Source: Candidatus Rokuibacteriota bacterium (GTDB lineage Bacteria; Methylomirabilota; Methylomirabilia; Rokubacteriales; DASRDR01). From it: 64,000 bases of DNA. This document shows, in pieces, positions 10,671 to 19,159 of the stretch. The stretch covers positions 15,261 through 79,260 of the forward strand of contig JBIOTN010000175.1 in assembly GCA_044866005.1 (NCBI GenBank), written 5' to 3'. A model generated the notes under the pieces. The model saw only the letters and a program-made list of their open reading frames with translations, made no database searches and was not told the DNA's origin. The translations under genes were made by a program, and so were the position numbers. Numbering within the stretch: the first letter of the stretch is position 1; every line of letters begins with the position of its first letter.

Positions 10671-12113
10671 TTAGACGCCGGCGGCGCCGGCGCCGGGCTC
10701 TTCCTCGGGCTCGCTCTCCTCGTCGCCGCGGAGGAGCTGGTACTCCTTGAGCTTGTTGTAGAGCGTCTTGTAGTTGATCCCCAGCAGCCGCGCCGCCTGG
10801 GCGCGGTTCCAGCGCGTCCGCTCCAGCGTGCGGACGATCAGGTCCCGCTCGGCCGTCTCGACGACGTGCCGCACCACGTCCTTGAGCGTGTTCCCCGGCC
10901 CCGCCCCGGCCCCCGGGGCGGTCGCGACGAGCGGCGCGCCCCGGCCCCGGAACTCGCCGGGCAGGTCGCGCAGGGTGAGCGGGCCCTCGGCGAGCACGGC
11001 GGCGCGCTTGAGCGCGTTCCGGAGCTCCCGCACGTTCCCCGGCCAGGGGTAGGCCCGCAGGGCCGCGAGCGCCTCGGCCGTCACGCCGGGCACGGGCTTT
11101 CCCAGCTCCTCGCCGATGCGCTGGAGGAAGTGGTCCACGAGCGCCGGCAGGTCCTCGTTCCGCTCGCGAAGCGCGGGGGCGTGGATGGTGAACTCGTTGA
11201 GCCGGTGGTAGAGGTCCTCGCGGAACCGCCCCTCGCGGATGGCGTCCTCGAAGTTGACGTGCGTCGCCGCGACGATCCGCACGTCGATGGGGATCTGGCC
11301 GCGCCCGCCCAGGCGCGTGATGGCGCGGTCCTCGAGCACGCGGAGGAGCTTCATCTGCGTGGAGAGCGGGAGGTTGCCGATCTCGTCGAGGAAGAGCGTG
11401 CCGCCGTGCGCCAGCTCGAACCGGCCCAGGCGGCGCTGGGTCGCGCCGGTGAAGGCCCCCCGCTCGTGTCCGAACAGCTCGGACTCGACGAGCGTCTCGG
11501 GGAGCGCCGCGCAGTCGAGCGGGATGAAGGGGCCCCGCCGGCGCTTGCTCTGGGCGTGGATGGCGTGGGCGACCAGCTCCTTGCCCGTCCCGCTCTCGCC
11601 GCGGATCAGGATCGTCACGTCGTACGGGGCGACGCGCGCGATGAACTGGCGCAGCTCCTCCATGGCGGCGCTCCCGCCGACGAGGTCCTCGGGGCTGGCG
11701 CGCTCGCGCATGGCGGCGCGGAGCGTCTGGACCTCGGCGTGCAGGCGCCGGGTCTCCAGCCCCTTCTCCACGACCACCCGCACCTCCTCGAGGTGGACCG
11801 GCTTGATCAGGTAATCGAAGGCGCCCAGCTTCATCGCGCGGACGGCGGACTCGATCGTCCCGTGCCCGGTGAGCATGACGACCGGGACGTGCTCGTCGAT
11901 CTCCCGGATGCGCCGGAGGACGTCGAGCCCGTCGCCGTCGGGGAGGCGGAGGTCGAGCAGCACCGCCTCCGGCGCCTGGGCCTCGAAGGCGGCCACGGCG
12001 GCCTGGGCGGTCTCGGCCGTCGCGACCTCGTAGCCCAGCTCGCCGAGCGCGCGGGAGAGGATCCAGCAGATCTCGGGCTCGTCGTCAACCAGCAGCAGGC
12101 GTGTCCGGACCAT
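10671..12113 (-). CDS. Sigma54-dependent response regulator (NtrC/AtoC family)
   Basis: REC domain (LLVDDE, LLDLRLP), GESGTGKE, GAFTGA, WPGNVREL and a Fis-type HTH. Confidence 0.97.
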   Translation of the reverse strand: MVRTRLLLVDDEPEICWILSRALGELGYEVATAETAQAAVAAFEAQAPEAVLLDLRLPDGDGLDVLRRIREIDEHVPVVMLTGHGTIESAVRAMKLGAFDYLIKPVHLEEVRVVVEKGLETRRLHAEVQTLRAAMRERASPEDLVGGSAAMEELRQFIARVAPYDVTILIRGESGTGKELVAHAIHAQSKRRRGPFIPLDCAALPETLVESELFGHERGAFTGATQRRLGRFELAHGGTLFLDEIGNLPLSTQMKLLRVLEDRAITRLGGRGQIPIDVRIVAATHVNFEDAIREGRFREDLYHRLNEFTIHAPALRERNEDLPALVDHFLQRIGEELGKPVPGVTAEALAALRAYPWPGNVRELRNALKRAAVLAEGPLTLRDLPGEFRGRGAPLVATAPGAGAGPGNTLKDVVRHVVETAERDLIVRTLERTRWNRAQAARLLGINYKTLYNKLKEYQLLRGDEESEPEEEPGAGAAGV

Positions 12114-14313
12114 GGCTCGGCTCCGGTAGGTCGGACCGTTCCGGCGCGCCGCCGCCCGGCGGCGCGCTCCGGGCGGCGGGGAGGAGGACCATGAAGGTCG
12201 TCCCGCGCCCCGGCTCGCTGGCGGCCTCGATCGCGCCGCCGTGCTCCTCGATGATGCGGCGCGTGATGGCGAGGCCCAGGCCAGTGCCGCGACGCTTGGT
12301 GGTGTAGTAGGGCTCGAAGATGACGCCGAGGTGGGAGCCCTCGATGCCGGTCCCCGTGTCCGCCACCGTGACCGCGACGTTGCCGCTCCGTGGCGCGGGC
12401 GTCGCGCCGAACGTGAGCCGGCCGCCGTGCGGCATCGCGTCGAGCGCGTTCAGCGCGAGGTTGAGCAAGGCTTGCTCCAGCAGCCGCGCGTCGAGCATCA
12501 GGCCGGGGAGCCCGGGCTCCGCCTCGACCCGGACCTCCACCGACCGCTGGCGCGCCCGCACGCGGACGAACGCCGCGACCGCCTCGAGGATCGGCTCGAT
12601 CCGCGCGGGCTGTGGCCGGAGCTCCAGGGGGCGCGAGAAGCTCAGGAGCCCCTCCAGCGACTCGTCCATGTCGCGCACCTTCCGGTCCGCCGCGTCGAGG
12701 AGGGCGCGCTGCTCGTCCCCCACCGGGAGTCGGTCTCGCAGGTACTGGACCGTGGTCCCGATCACCGTGAGCGGGTTCCGGATCTCGTGCGCCAGGGCCG
12801 CGGCCAGTCGCCCGATCGTCGCGTACCGCTCGGCGCGCGCCAGCCGCACCTCCAGGCGCAGCCGCTCCTCGAGGCCGAAGGTCGTCGCGCGGAGCAGCCG
12901 CGCGTGGCGCACGGCGACCGCCAGCTGCTCGGCGATGGGACGCAGCAGGCGCAGGTCGCGACGCCGGAAGCGGCCCCGCGTCCGGCTGACCAGGGTGAGC
13001 GCGCCGACGCTCTCCCGCTCCACGACGAGCGGCACGGTGGTCAGCGAGCGCGCGCCGGGCAGCTCGCGGAGGAACGGCAGCACGGGGCGGCTCGACGTGG
13101 CGATGTCGGCGACGATCGCGGCGCGGCCGGTGCGCATGGCCTCACCGCTGACGGTCTCCCGGAACTCGGGCGACCACGGGAGCGTCCGTGGCGGCCGGCC
13201 GACCTCGCCCACCATCACCTGCCCGCCGTTCCCCTCCGCGTCCATCACCACGATCGCCGAGGCGTCGAAGGCCGTGATCCGCCGGATCTCCTGCGTGGCG
13301 ACCCGGAAGATCTCCTCCAGCGACAGGCAGGCCGAGATCGCCTTGCCGATCCGCCGGGTCGCCCGCACCTGCCGGTTCCGCTCCCGGAGGTCGTCGCGCA
13401 GGCAGACGTTCACGATGGGGACCGTCGCGACGTCGGCCAGCTCCAGCAGCCGCTCCGCCAGCGGCTCGCCGAACGGCCGATCGCCATCGAGCCGCCCCAC
13501 TGCCAAGAGGCCGACCAGCTCGTCGTCCTGGTGCAGCGGGATGAGGACGGCCGCGGAGACGGCGTCGTCCCGGAGGTACTCGCGCGGCACGGCGAGGGGG
13601 AAGGGCGGCGCGCAGAGGGCGGCGGCGCCCAGCAGCCGGTCGAGGTCGGTCGGCGGCAGCAGCGGCCGTGGGCCGCGCCGGCCGAGCACGCGGCGCGCCG
13701 CGCGCAGGGTCAGGTCCTCCCCGGGCCGCTCGCGCAGCCAGAGGCCGCCCACGTCCCCGTCGGTCAGCGTCACGGCGAGATCGAGGACCTGCTGACAGAT
13801 CTCGTCGAGGTCGCGGCCCGGCTTGGCCAGCCGGAGCATCTGGCGGAAGTGGTTGACGTGGAGCTCGGCGTGGCGGGCGCGGCGCCGCGCCGCGTCGAGC
13901 TCCGCGACGACGGCGAGCGCGGGGCCGAGCACGGCCGCCCGCGCCCGCGTCTCCGCCGACACGCCGGCGCCCGGCCGGCCGAGCAGGAGGAGGACGCCCC
14001 GCGTCTCCTCGGCCGAGCCCACCGGGAACGCGACCGCCTCCGGCCACTCGGGGGTGAGCGGCGCATCGGGGACGAGGGCGGCCGCCGCCGGGGACCGGCT
14101 CGCCTGCCGGGCGAAGGCGACGACCGGCGCCTGCTGGAAGGGCTCCTCGGTCGGATGGGCGCCCACGAGACGCACGTCCGCCTCGACGGCGAGGAAGAGC
14201 GCCCCGCCCTCGCCATGATCGAGGGCCGAGGCGAGGAGATCCCGCGTCACTCGAGCACCGGCACTCCCGAGGGCCTGGCGAAGGCCGTGAGCCAGGTCCA
14301 GGGGCCACGTCAT
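12085..14313 (-). CDS. Cytoplasmic multi-GAF sensor histidine kinase
   Basis: H-box LAHEIRNPL, NLALNA, DTGTGI and GTGLGL; N-terminal GAF-like repeats; no TM helices. Confidence 0.93.
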   Translation of the reverse strand: MTWPLDLAHGLRQALGSAGARVTRDLLASALDHGEGGALFLAVEADVRLVGAHPTEEPFQQAPVVAFARQASRSPAAAALVPDAPLTPEWPEAVAFPVGSAEETRGVLLLLGRPGAGVSAETRARAAVLGPALAVVAELDAARRRARHAELHVNHFRQMLRLAKPGRDLDEICQQVLDLAVTLTDGDVGGLWLRERPGEDLTLRAARRVLGRRGPRPLLPPTDLDRLLGAAALCAPPFPLAVPREYLRDDAVSAAVLIPLHQDDELVGLLAVGRLDGDRPFGEPLAERLLELADVATVPIVNVCLRDDLRERNRQVRATRRIGKAISACLSLEEIFRVATQEIRRITAFDASAIVVMDAEGNGGQVMVGEVGRPPRTLPWSPEFRETVSGEAMRTGRAAIVADIATSSRPVLPFLRELPGARSLTTVPLVVERESVGALTLVSRTRGRFRRRDLRLLRPIAEQLAVAVRHARLLRATTFGLEERLRLEVRLARAERYATIGRLAAALAHEIRNPLTVIGTTVQYLRDRLPVGDEQRALLDAADRKVRDMDESLEGLLSFSRPLELRPQPARIEPILEAVAAFVRVRARQRSVEVRVEAEPGLPGLMLDARLLEQALLNLALNALDAMPHGGRLTFGATPAPRSGNVAVTVADTGTGIEGSHLGVIFEPYYTTKRRGTGLGLAITRRIIEEHGGAIEAASEPGRGTTFMVLLPAARSAPPGGGAPERSDLPEPSHGPDTPAAG

Positions 14314-14365
14314 GCGGCTTTATTGTCTCACGCCGGCGCGGGCGAAGCACTCACCGGCGGCGGGG

Positions 14366-15919
14366 CTAGGGACGCGGCAGTTCGGAGGGAAGGGCGCCCA
14401 CCGGGAGACCCAGGCGGCGCAGCAGGAAGGCCAGGAGCAAGCGGGCGTCGCGCCGCCGGCTCCGGGCGGCGGCATAGAGCCGGTCGAGGGCCAGGCGGTC
14501 CGCGGACCGCAGCGGCATCGGCGTCAGGTCCGCGAGCGTGACGAGGCCCGGCGGGGCGAGCGGCAGCTGGCCGCGCGCGGCGAGCAGGCCCCACTCCGAC
14601 TCCGAGCGCGCCGCCGTGCCGACCCAGTGGAGGTCGCCCCGCACGACGTTCCAGAGGTGAGGCGCCCGCGCGAGGCCGAGACGACTGAGAAGGCGCCCGA
14701 GCCGGCCCCGGCTCGCCACGCGACGGAGCAGGGCGACGTCCCCGCGGGCGCCGACGACGCGCCGCCGGGTGAGCGGCCGGCCACCGCTCTCCACGGCCAG
14801 GCCCGCGAGCACCGGCAGCCACAGGGGCGCGGCGCCGGCGACGATCGCCATCGCCAGGAGCCGGCCCATGAGGCTCCCCGGGTGCGGCCGGAGCGGAACG
14901 CGCGTGTCGCCGAGGATCCGCGGATCGCTCACCCGGGTCCAGCTGCCGGCGTGGGCGCGACCGAGCCGCTCGCGGTCGACGAGCGCGCCCTCCAGGGCGA
15001 GCCCACGCCCCACGTGCGTGCGGGGCAGCAGGACCGAGTGCCGCACGGTCGAGCCGCCGCCCACGATGACGTCCTCGCCGACGACGCTCCGCTCGACGAC
15101 CGCGCCGCGCCCGATCACCGCGTTCACGCCCACCAGGACCGGCGGCCGGACGGCGGCGCCCGGGTGGACGAGGGCGCCGCGGGACAGGCGGACCCCCGGG
15201 CGGACTTCGAAGCCGGGCAGGACGAGTCCCGGCAGCTCGCCGCCGATCGCCATGTGGTTGGCAGCGAGGAGGTCGCCGGGCGTGCGAACGAGGCGCCCCG
15301 GGTCCGTCGTGACGTAGCCGCAGGTGGTGAGGCCGGCGGCCAGGAGGCGCGGCAACAGATCGTCGACCAGGTCGGCGGGCGTCGCCGGCGACAGCTCGGC
15401 GAGCGCCGCGGGGCTGACGAGGGCGAGCCCCGTCGTGGCGAAGCGCCCGCTCACGGGGCGCCGCGGCGGCGCCAGGCCCCCCTCGTCATCGACGTCCACG
15501 TCGCCGTCCTCGCCGTCGGCGGGGACCACGATCAGCGTGAGGACCGCGCCCCGCAGCTGGTGGAACGCGGCGGCCTTCGAGATGTCGGCGGTGGTCAGCG
15601 CGGTGCCCGCGGCCACCAGGAACGGCTCGCTCCACCGAGCGGCGACGCGACGGACCGCGCCGGCGGTGCCGAGCGGCGTCCGCTCCAGCGCGTACCGGAG
15701 CCGCAGGCCCCAGCGCGTGCCATCCCCGAGGCCGGCCTCGATGGGGTACGGGCAGTGGTGGAGGGCCATCACCACCTCGCGGACGCGGTGCCGGACGAGG
15801 TGGTCGAGGAGGTGCTCGACGACCGGGCGGTTCGCCACCGGCAGCAGCGCGGCCGGCCAGTCGAGCGTGAGCGGGTGCAGGCGTGTCGCCGCGCCGCCGG
15901 CCAGGACGACCGCGTTCAC
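14366..15919 (-). CDS. Nucleotidyltransferase-like + LbH + sugar-transferase-like fusion with degenerate catalytic motifs
   Basis: VVLAGGAATRLHPLT, PLGTAGAV, hexapeptide repeats and a C-terminal WNVVRGDL..PPGL resembling Bac_transf. Confidence 0.8.
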   Translation of the reverse strand: MNAVVLAGGAATRLHPLTLDWPAALLPVANRPVVEHLLDHLVRHRVREVVMALHHCPYPIEAGLGDGTRWGLRLRYALERTPLGTAGAVRRVAARWSEPFLVAAGTALTTADISKAAAFHQLRGAVLTLIVVPADGEDGDVDVDDEGGLAPPRRPVSGRFATTGLALVSPAALAELSPATPADLVDDLLPRLLAAGLTTCGYVTTDPGRLVRTPGDLLAANHMAIGGELPGLVLPGFEVRPGVRLSRGALVHPGAAVRPPVLVGVNAVIGRGAVVERSVVGEDVIVGGGSTVRHSVLLPRTHVGRGLALEGALVDRERLGRAHAGSWTRVSDPRILGDTRVPLRPHPGSLMGRLLAMAIVAGAAPLWLPVLAGLAVESGGRPLTRRRVVGARGDVALLRRVASRGRLGRLLSRLGLARAPHLWNVVRGDLHWVGTAARSESEWGLLAARGQLPLAPPGLVTLADLTPMPLRSADRLALDRLYAAARSRRRDARLLLAFLLRRLGLPVGALPSELPRP

Positions 15920-15938
15920 CGACGCCCCCCGGGGTCCC

Positions 15939-16247
15939 TCACGCGGCCCGGCTCGAGACGAGAGCGTCGGCCAGCGAGGTGAGGACCGGCATGAGGCTCG
16001 GCGAGGCGAGGATGCGGACCCGGCGCTCCCGCGCCAGCTGCCGGAGACCGCGCGAGAGGACCTCCAGCCCGAAGGCTTCGACGACGGTCAGTCCCGACAG
16101 GTCGAGCACGAGCTCGCGAGCCTGCGACGGCGTGCGGGCGAGCACGTCCAGCACGTGGCAGGCCGTCGAGCCGTCCACCGCGCCCTCCAGCGTCACCGTA
16201 CATCGGTCCTGGCGCTGGCGGCGGCGCACTCGCAGGCGTGGCGCCAT
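15939..16247 (-). CDS. STAS domain protein
   Basis: VTLEGAVD..LVLDLSGLTVVEAFGL; ATG preceded by a GGAGG RBS. Confidence 0.75.
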   Translation of the reverse strand: MAPRLRVRRRQRQDRCTVTLEGAVDGSTACHVLDVLARTPSQARELVLDLSGLTVVEAFGLEVLSRGLRQLARERRVRILASPSLMPVLTSLADALVSSRAA

Positions 16248-16260
16248 GCAATCCTCCCGG

Positions 16261-16692
16261 CTAGCTGGCGACCCGCCGCTCGAGCGGCGCGCGCGCCAGG
16301 CGGATCTTCCCCAGGTGCCGCTGCGGCGCATGGCCCGGCGCCGCCACCCCGCCGGCGGCGAGCGCCTCGACGGCCGAGGCGACGTCGTCGCAGACGTCGA
16401 AGAGCAGGTGGAGCTGCATGATCTCCAGGACGAGTCTGACCTGCGAGGCCAGCCCCACGAGGCAGACATCCCCGCCGCGGCGCTCGGCCTGCCGGAGCAG
16501 CGTGACCAGCGCGGCAAAGCCGCTGGAGTCCACCCGCCGCACGCCGCTCAGGTCGATGGCCACCCGCGGCACCCCGATCGGCGCCAGCATGAGTCTGACG
16601 CGGCGCAGGAAGGCCGGTGCGGTGGGGACCGTGAGCTCGCCCTCGACGGTCAGGACGGTCACGCTGCCGAGTTGCTTGGACGTCACCTGCAT
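16261..16692 (-). CDS. STAS anti-sigma-factor antagonist
   Basis: VEGEL..IDLSGVRRVDSSG, with the phosphorylatable Ser motif intact. Confidence 0.88.
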   Translation of the reverse strand: MQVTSKQLGSVTVLTVEGELTVPTAPAFLRRVRLMLAPIGVPRVAIDLSGVRRVDSSGFAALVTLLRQAERRGGDVCLVGLASQVRLVLEIMQLHLLFDVCDDVASAVEALAAGGVAAPGHAPQRHLGKIRLARAPLERRVAS

Positions 16693-16804
16693 GGACCAGG
16701 CTCCTTCTCCCGACCTCGACCCCGCGATGCACGCGACGTGGGGGCGCTCACGACGCCGCGTGACCGGAGGTCGGTGCCGTGCCTGGCTCGCGCGCTCCTG
16801 ATTC

Positions 16805-16819
16805 GCTCCATCCGTGCCA
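16805..16819 (-). promoter_or_regulatory. Sigma54 -24/-12 promoter for the STAS-kinase-regulator genes
   Basis: TGGCACGGATGGAGC (GG-N10-GC), about 110 nt upstream of ATG 16692. Confidence 0.55.
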
Positions 16820-16989
16820 CCGGGTCGTGCGCTCGAAAATGATGCCGACTGATGCCCCTTCCGAGGAGCAAGACGGATGCCGAGCCCCCGTGGGCCGTGG
16901 GGACGCCTCGCTGGAGCCTGCCCCGGCGCGCCGACGCCGGATCAGAGGCCATGATCGGCGACCCGGCCCCGCGGCGCCCGGGCCGAAAG

Positions 16990-17009
16990 GTTGCGGACGA
17001 GGCTGCAAC
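16990..17009. promoter_or_regulatory. Candidate enhancer (UAS) palindrome GTTGC-N10-GCAAC
   Basis: GTTGCggacgaggctGCAAC; the same motif occurs at 22665. Confidence 0.6.
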
Positions 17010-17049
17010 ATTTGCCGCCCCGCCGGCCTGGGATGGCACACGCATGGCG

Positions 17050-17064
17050 TGGCATTCGCCTTGC
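17050..17064 (+). promoter_or_regulatory. Sigma54-like site with no downstream + strand gene
   Basis: TGGCATTCGCCTTGC; a second GG-N10-GC site, TGGCACACGCATGGC, lies at 17034-17048. Confidence 0.45.
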
Positions 17065-17164
17065 CCGCTCGGGATCGCGACGACCGCGACGTCGTGCGTC
17101 GGTCGCCACCCCGCGAGTCGTGTCGGGCGCACCTCGCGCCGCGCAGAGCCGGACGATCGAGCCG

Positions 17165-17899
17165 TCAGGACGCCCCCTTCCCCGAGATCACCGCGGGAAT
17201 CGTACGCAACAGGATCACGAGGTCCATGCCCAAGGTCTGACGCTCGATGTACTGGACGTCGAGTCGGACCTGGCCCGGGAAGTCGATGGCGTTCCGGCCC
17301 ATCACCTGCCAGAGGCAGGTGATGCCCGGCGTCGCCATGAGCCGCCGTCGGTCGGCGGGGTCGTACAGCGCGACCTCCGACGGGAGCGGCGGACGCGGGC
17401 CGACCAGCGACATCTCGCCCTGGAGGACGTTCAGGAGCTGTGGCAGCTCGTCCAGGGACAGCTTGCGAATCACGCGGCCGACCCGCGTGATGCGGGGATC
17501 GTTCTTGATCTTGAAGAGGATCCCGTCCCGCATCTCGTTCTGCGCCATGAGGTCGGCCTTCAGCGCCTCGGCGTTCAGCACCATGGAGCGGAACTTGTAC
17601 ATCACGAACAGGCGGCCGTCCTTGCCCACCCGAACCTGGTGGAAGAGGATCGGCCCGCCGTCCTCCAGCTTGATCCCGAGGGCGATGGCGAGCCAGATCG
17701 GCGCGGCGATCACGAGGAGCACGAGCCCGCCGAGGAGGTCCACGGCCCGCTTGAGGCGGGGCGTGGTCCCGACCCGCACGCGCCACAGGAGCCGGCCGAC
17801 CGCGATGACGAAGAGGTCGCGGCGGCGCGCCCAGCCGACGCCGCCGCGGGCGAGACGCCGGTGAGTTTGACGGAGGAGGCGGGCGCGCTCGGCCGTCAC
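17165..17899 (-). CDS. Priming phosphoglycosyl transferase (bacterial sugar transferase, WcaJ/PglC-like)
   Basis: KRAVD, YKFRSM, DPRITRVG, LDELPQLLNV, GPRP and PGIT motifs. Confidence 0.93.
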   Translation of the reverse strand: MTAERARLLRQTHRRLARGGVGWARRRDLFVIAVGRLLWRVRVGTTPRLKRAVDLLGGLVLLVIAAPIWLAIALGIKLEDGGPILFHQVRVGKDGRLFVMYKFRSMVLNAEALKADLMAQNEMRDGILFKIKNDPRITRVGRVIRKLSLDELPQLLNVLQGEMSLVGPRPPLPSEVALYDPADRRRLMATPGITCLWQVMGRNAIDFPGQVRLDVQYIERQTLGMDLVILLRTIPAVISGKGAS

Positions 17900-17936
17900 G
17901 CCAGACCCCCAACGGCGCTGCGTCCCCGGCCCGCGG

Positions 17937-19151
17937 TCATGCCGCTTTCTCCGTCGCCGGCACCCGCTTCCGCGGCGTGGGCACCCACTCCCGCGAGGCC
18001 CCGCCCAGGACCAGGGCGCAGTACCAGACCTTGGCGACCGCGTAGACCGGCCCGTACACGAACAGCGCGGCATAGGCGCGCGCCGGCACGCGAGCGAGCG
18101 CGCACCCGGTGAAGACGTAAAAGGCCTGCGCCGCGAGCAGGCCGGCCCAGATCACCGCCGGCGCGACGGGGCCGCCAGCGAGCCACGAGAGGCCGTGGAG
18201 CATCGCCGGGCCGGCGGTCCCGGCCGCGAGCAAGGCGAAGGGCGGCGTCGCCAGGTCCAGCATCAGGTCGAGATAGGGCACGCGCGCCCGGCCCGTCCGG
18301 GCCGTCGCGGCGCGGAGCAGCGGCACGAGGGCTCGCCGCGCCAGGGCGAACCGACCGCCCTCCCAGCGCAGCTCCTGGCTCCGCGCCGTCTTCATGGTCG
18401 GCTCCATGACCGTCTCGACCACGGCCCGGGGCACGAACACCGAGCGGATCCCGTGGAAGACGAGCCGGAGGTGGTACTCCTGGTCCTCCGCCACCGAGGC
18501 CGTCTCCCAGGGGACCTCCCGCAGCACTGCCCGGGTGAGGCAGATGCCGTTCCCCTGGAGGCCGGCCGAAGCGCCCAGCGCCTGCCGTCCCGCAGGACGC
18601 AGGTAGTGGATGAGCGCCATGTCCGCCGCCATCAGCGCGGTCCGCCAGCTCTCGTCGGCATTGCCAACGGCGCAGTACGCTTGCACGACCCGCGCTCCGG
18701 CCTGAAGGGCCAGATCCAGCTCGGTGAGCAGATCCGGCGCGGGGCGCGAGTCGGCGTCGAGGATGACGAACGCGTCGTGACGGCGCTCGGGAAGCAGTCG
18801 CGCGAAGGCCCAGCCGAGCGCGGCGCCCTTGCTGCGGCGCGTGGGATCGCGGCGCTGGAGGACCCGCGCCCCGTGGGCCAGCGCGACCACCGCGGTGCCG
18901 TCGTCGCAGTTGTCGGCGACGACGATGACCTCGTAGCGTGGACGGGGATAGTCGAGCGCGTCGAGCGCGGCGAGCAGCTCAGGCAGCATCGCCGCCTCGT
19001 TGTGCGCGGGGACCACCACGGCGAACCGGTGGCGCGGCGCGCGCGGCGCCCGGCGCGCCGGGCGGGCGACCGCCGCCGCGCCCGCCACCAGGGCCAGGTA
19101 GCCCGTGAAGACGGCGGCCAGCGCGATCAGCGGGAGCTCAGCGAGCCACAT
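17937..19151 (-). CDS. GT2 membrane glycosyltransferase (CesA-like motifs)
   Basis: PAHNEA, ADNCDD, ILDADS, AED and QELRW (QxxRW) motifs. Confidence 0.9.
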   Translation of the reverse strand: MWLAELPLIALAAVFTGYLALVAGAAAVARPARRAPRAPRHRFAVVVPAHNEAAMLPELLAALDALDYPRPRYEVIVVADNCDDGTAVVALAHGARVLQRRDPTRRSKGAALGWAFARLLPERRHDAFVILDADSRPAPDLLTELDLALQAGARVVQAYCAVGNADESWRTALMAADMALIHYLRPAGRQALGASAGLQGNGICLTRAVLREVPWETASVAEDQEYHLRLVFHGIRSVFVPRAVVETVMEPTMKTARSQELRWEGGRFALARRALVPLLRAATARTGRARVPYLDLMLDLATPPFALLAAGTAGPAMLHGLSWLAGGPVAPAVIWAGLLAAQAFYVFTGCALARVPARAYAALFVYGPVYAVAKVWYCALVLGGASREWVPTPRKRVPATEKAA

Positions 19152-19159
19152 GGGTGCCC

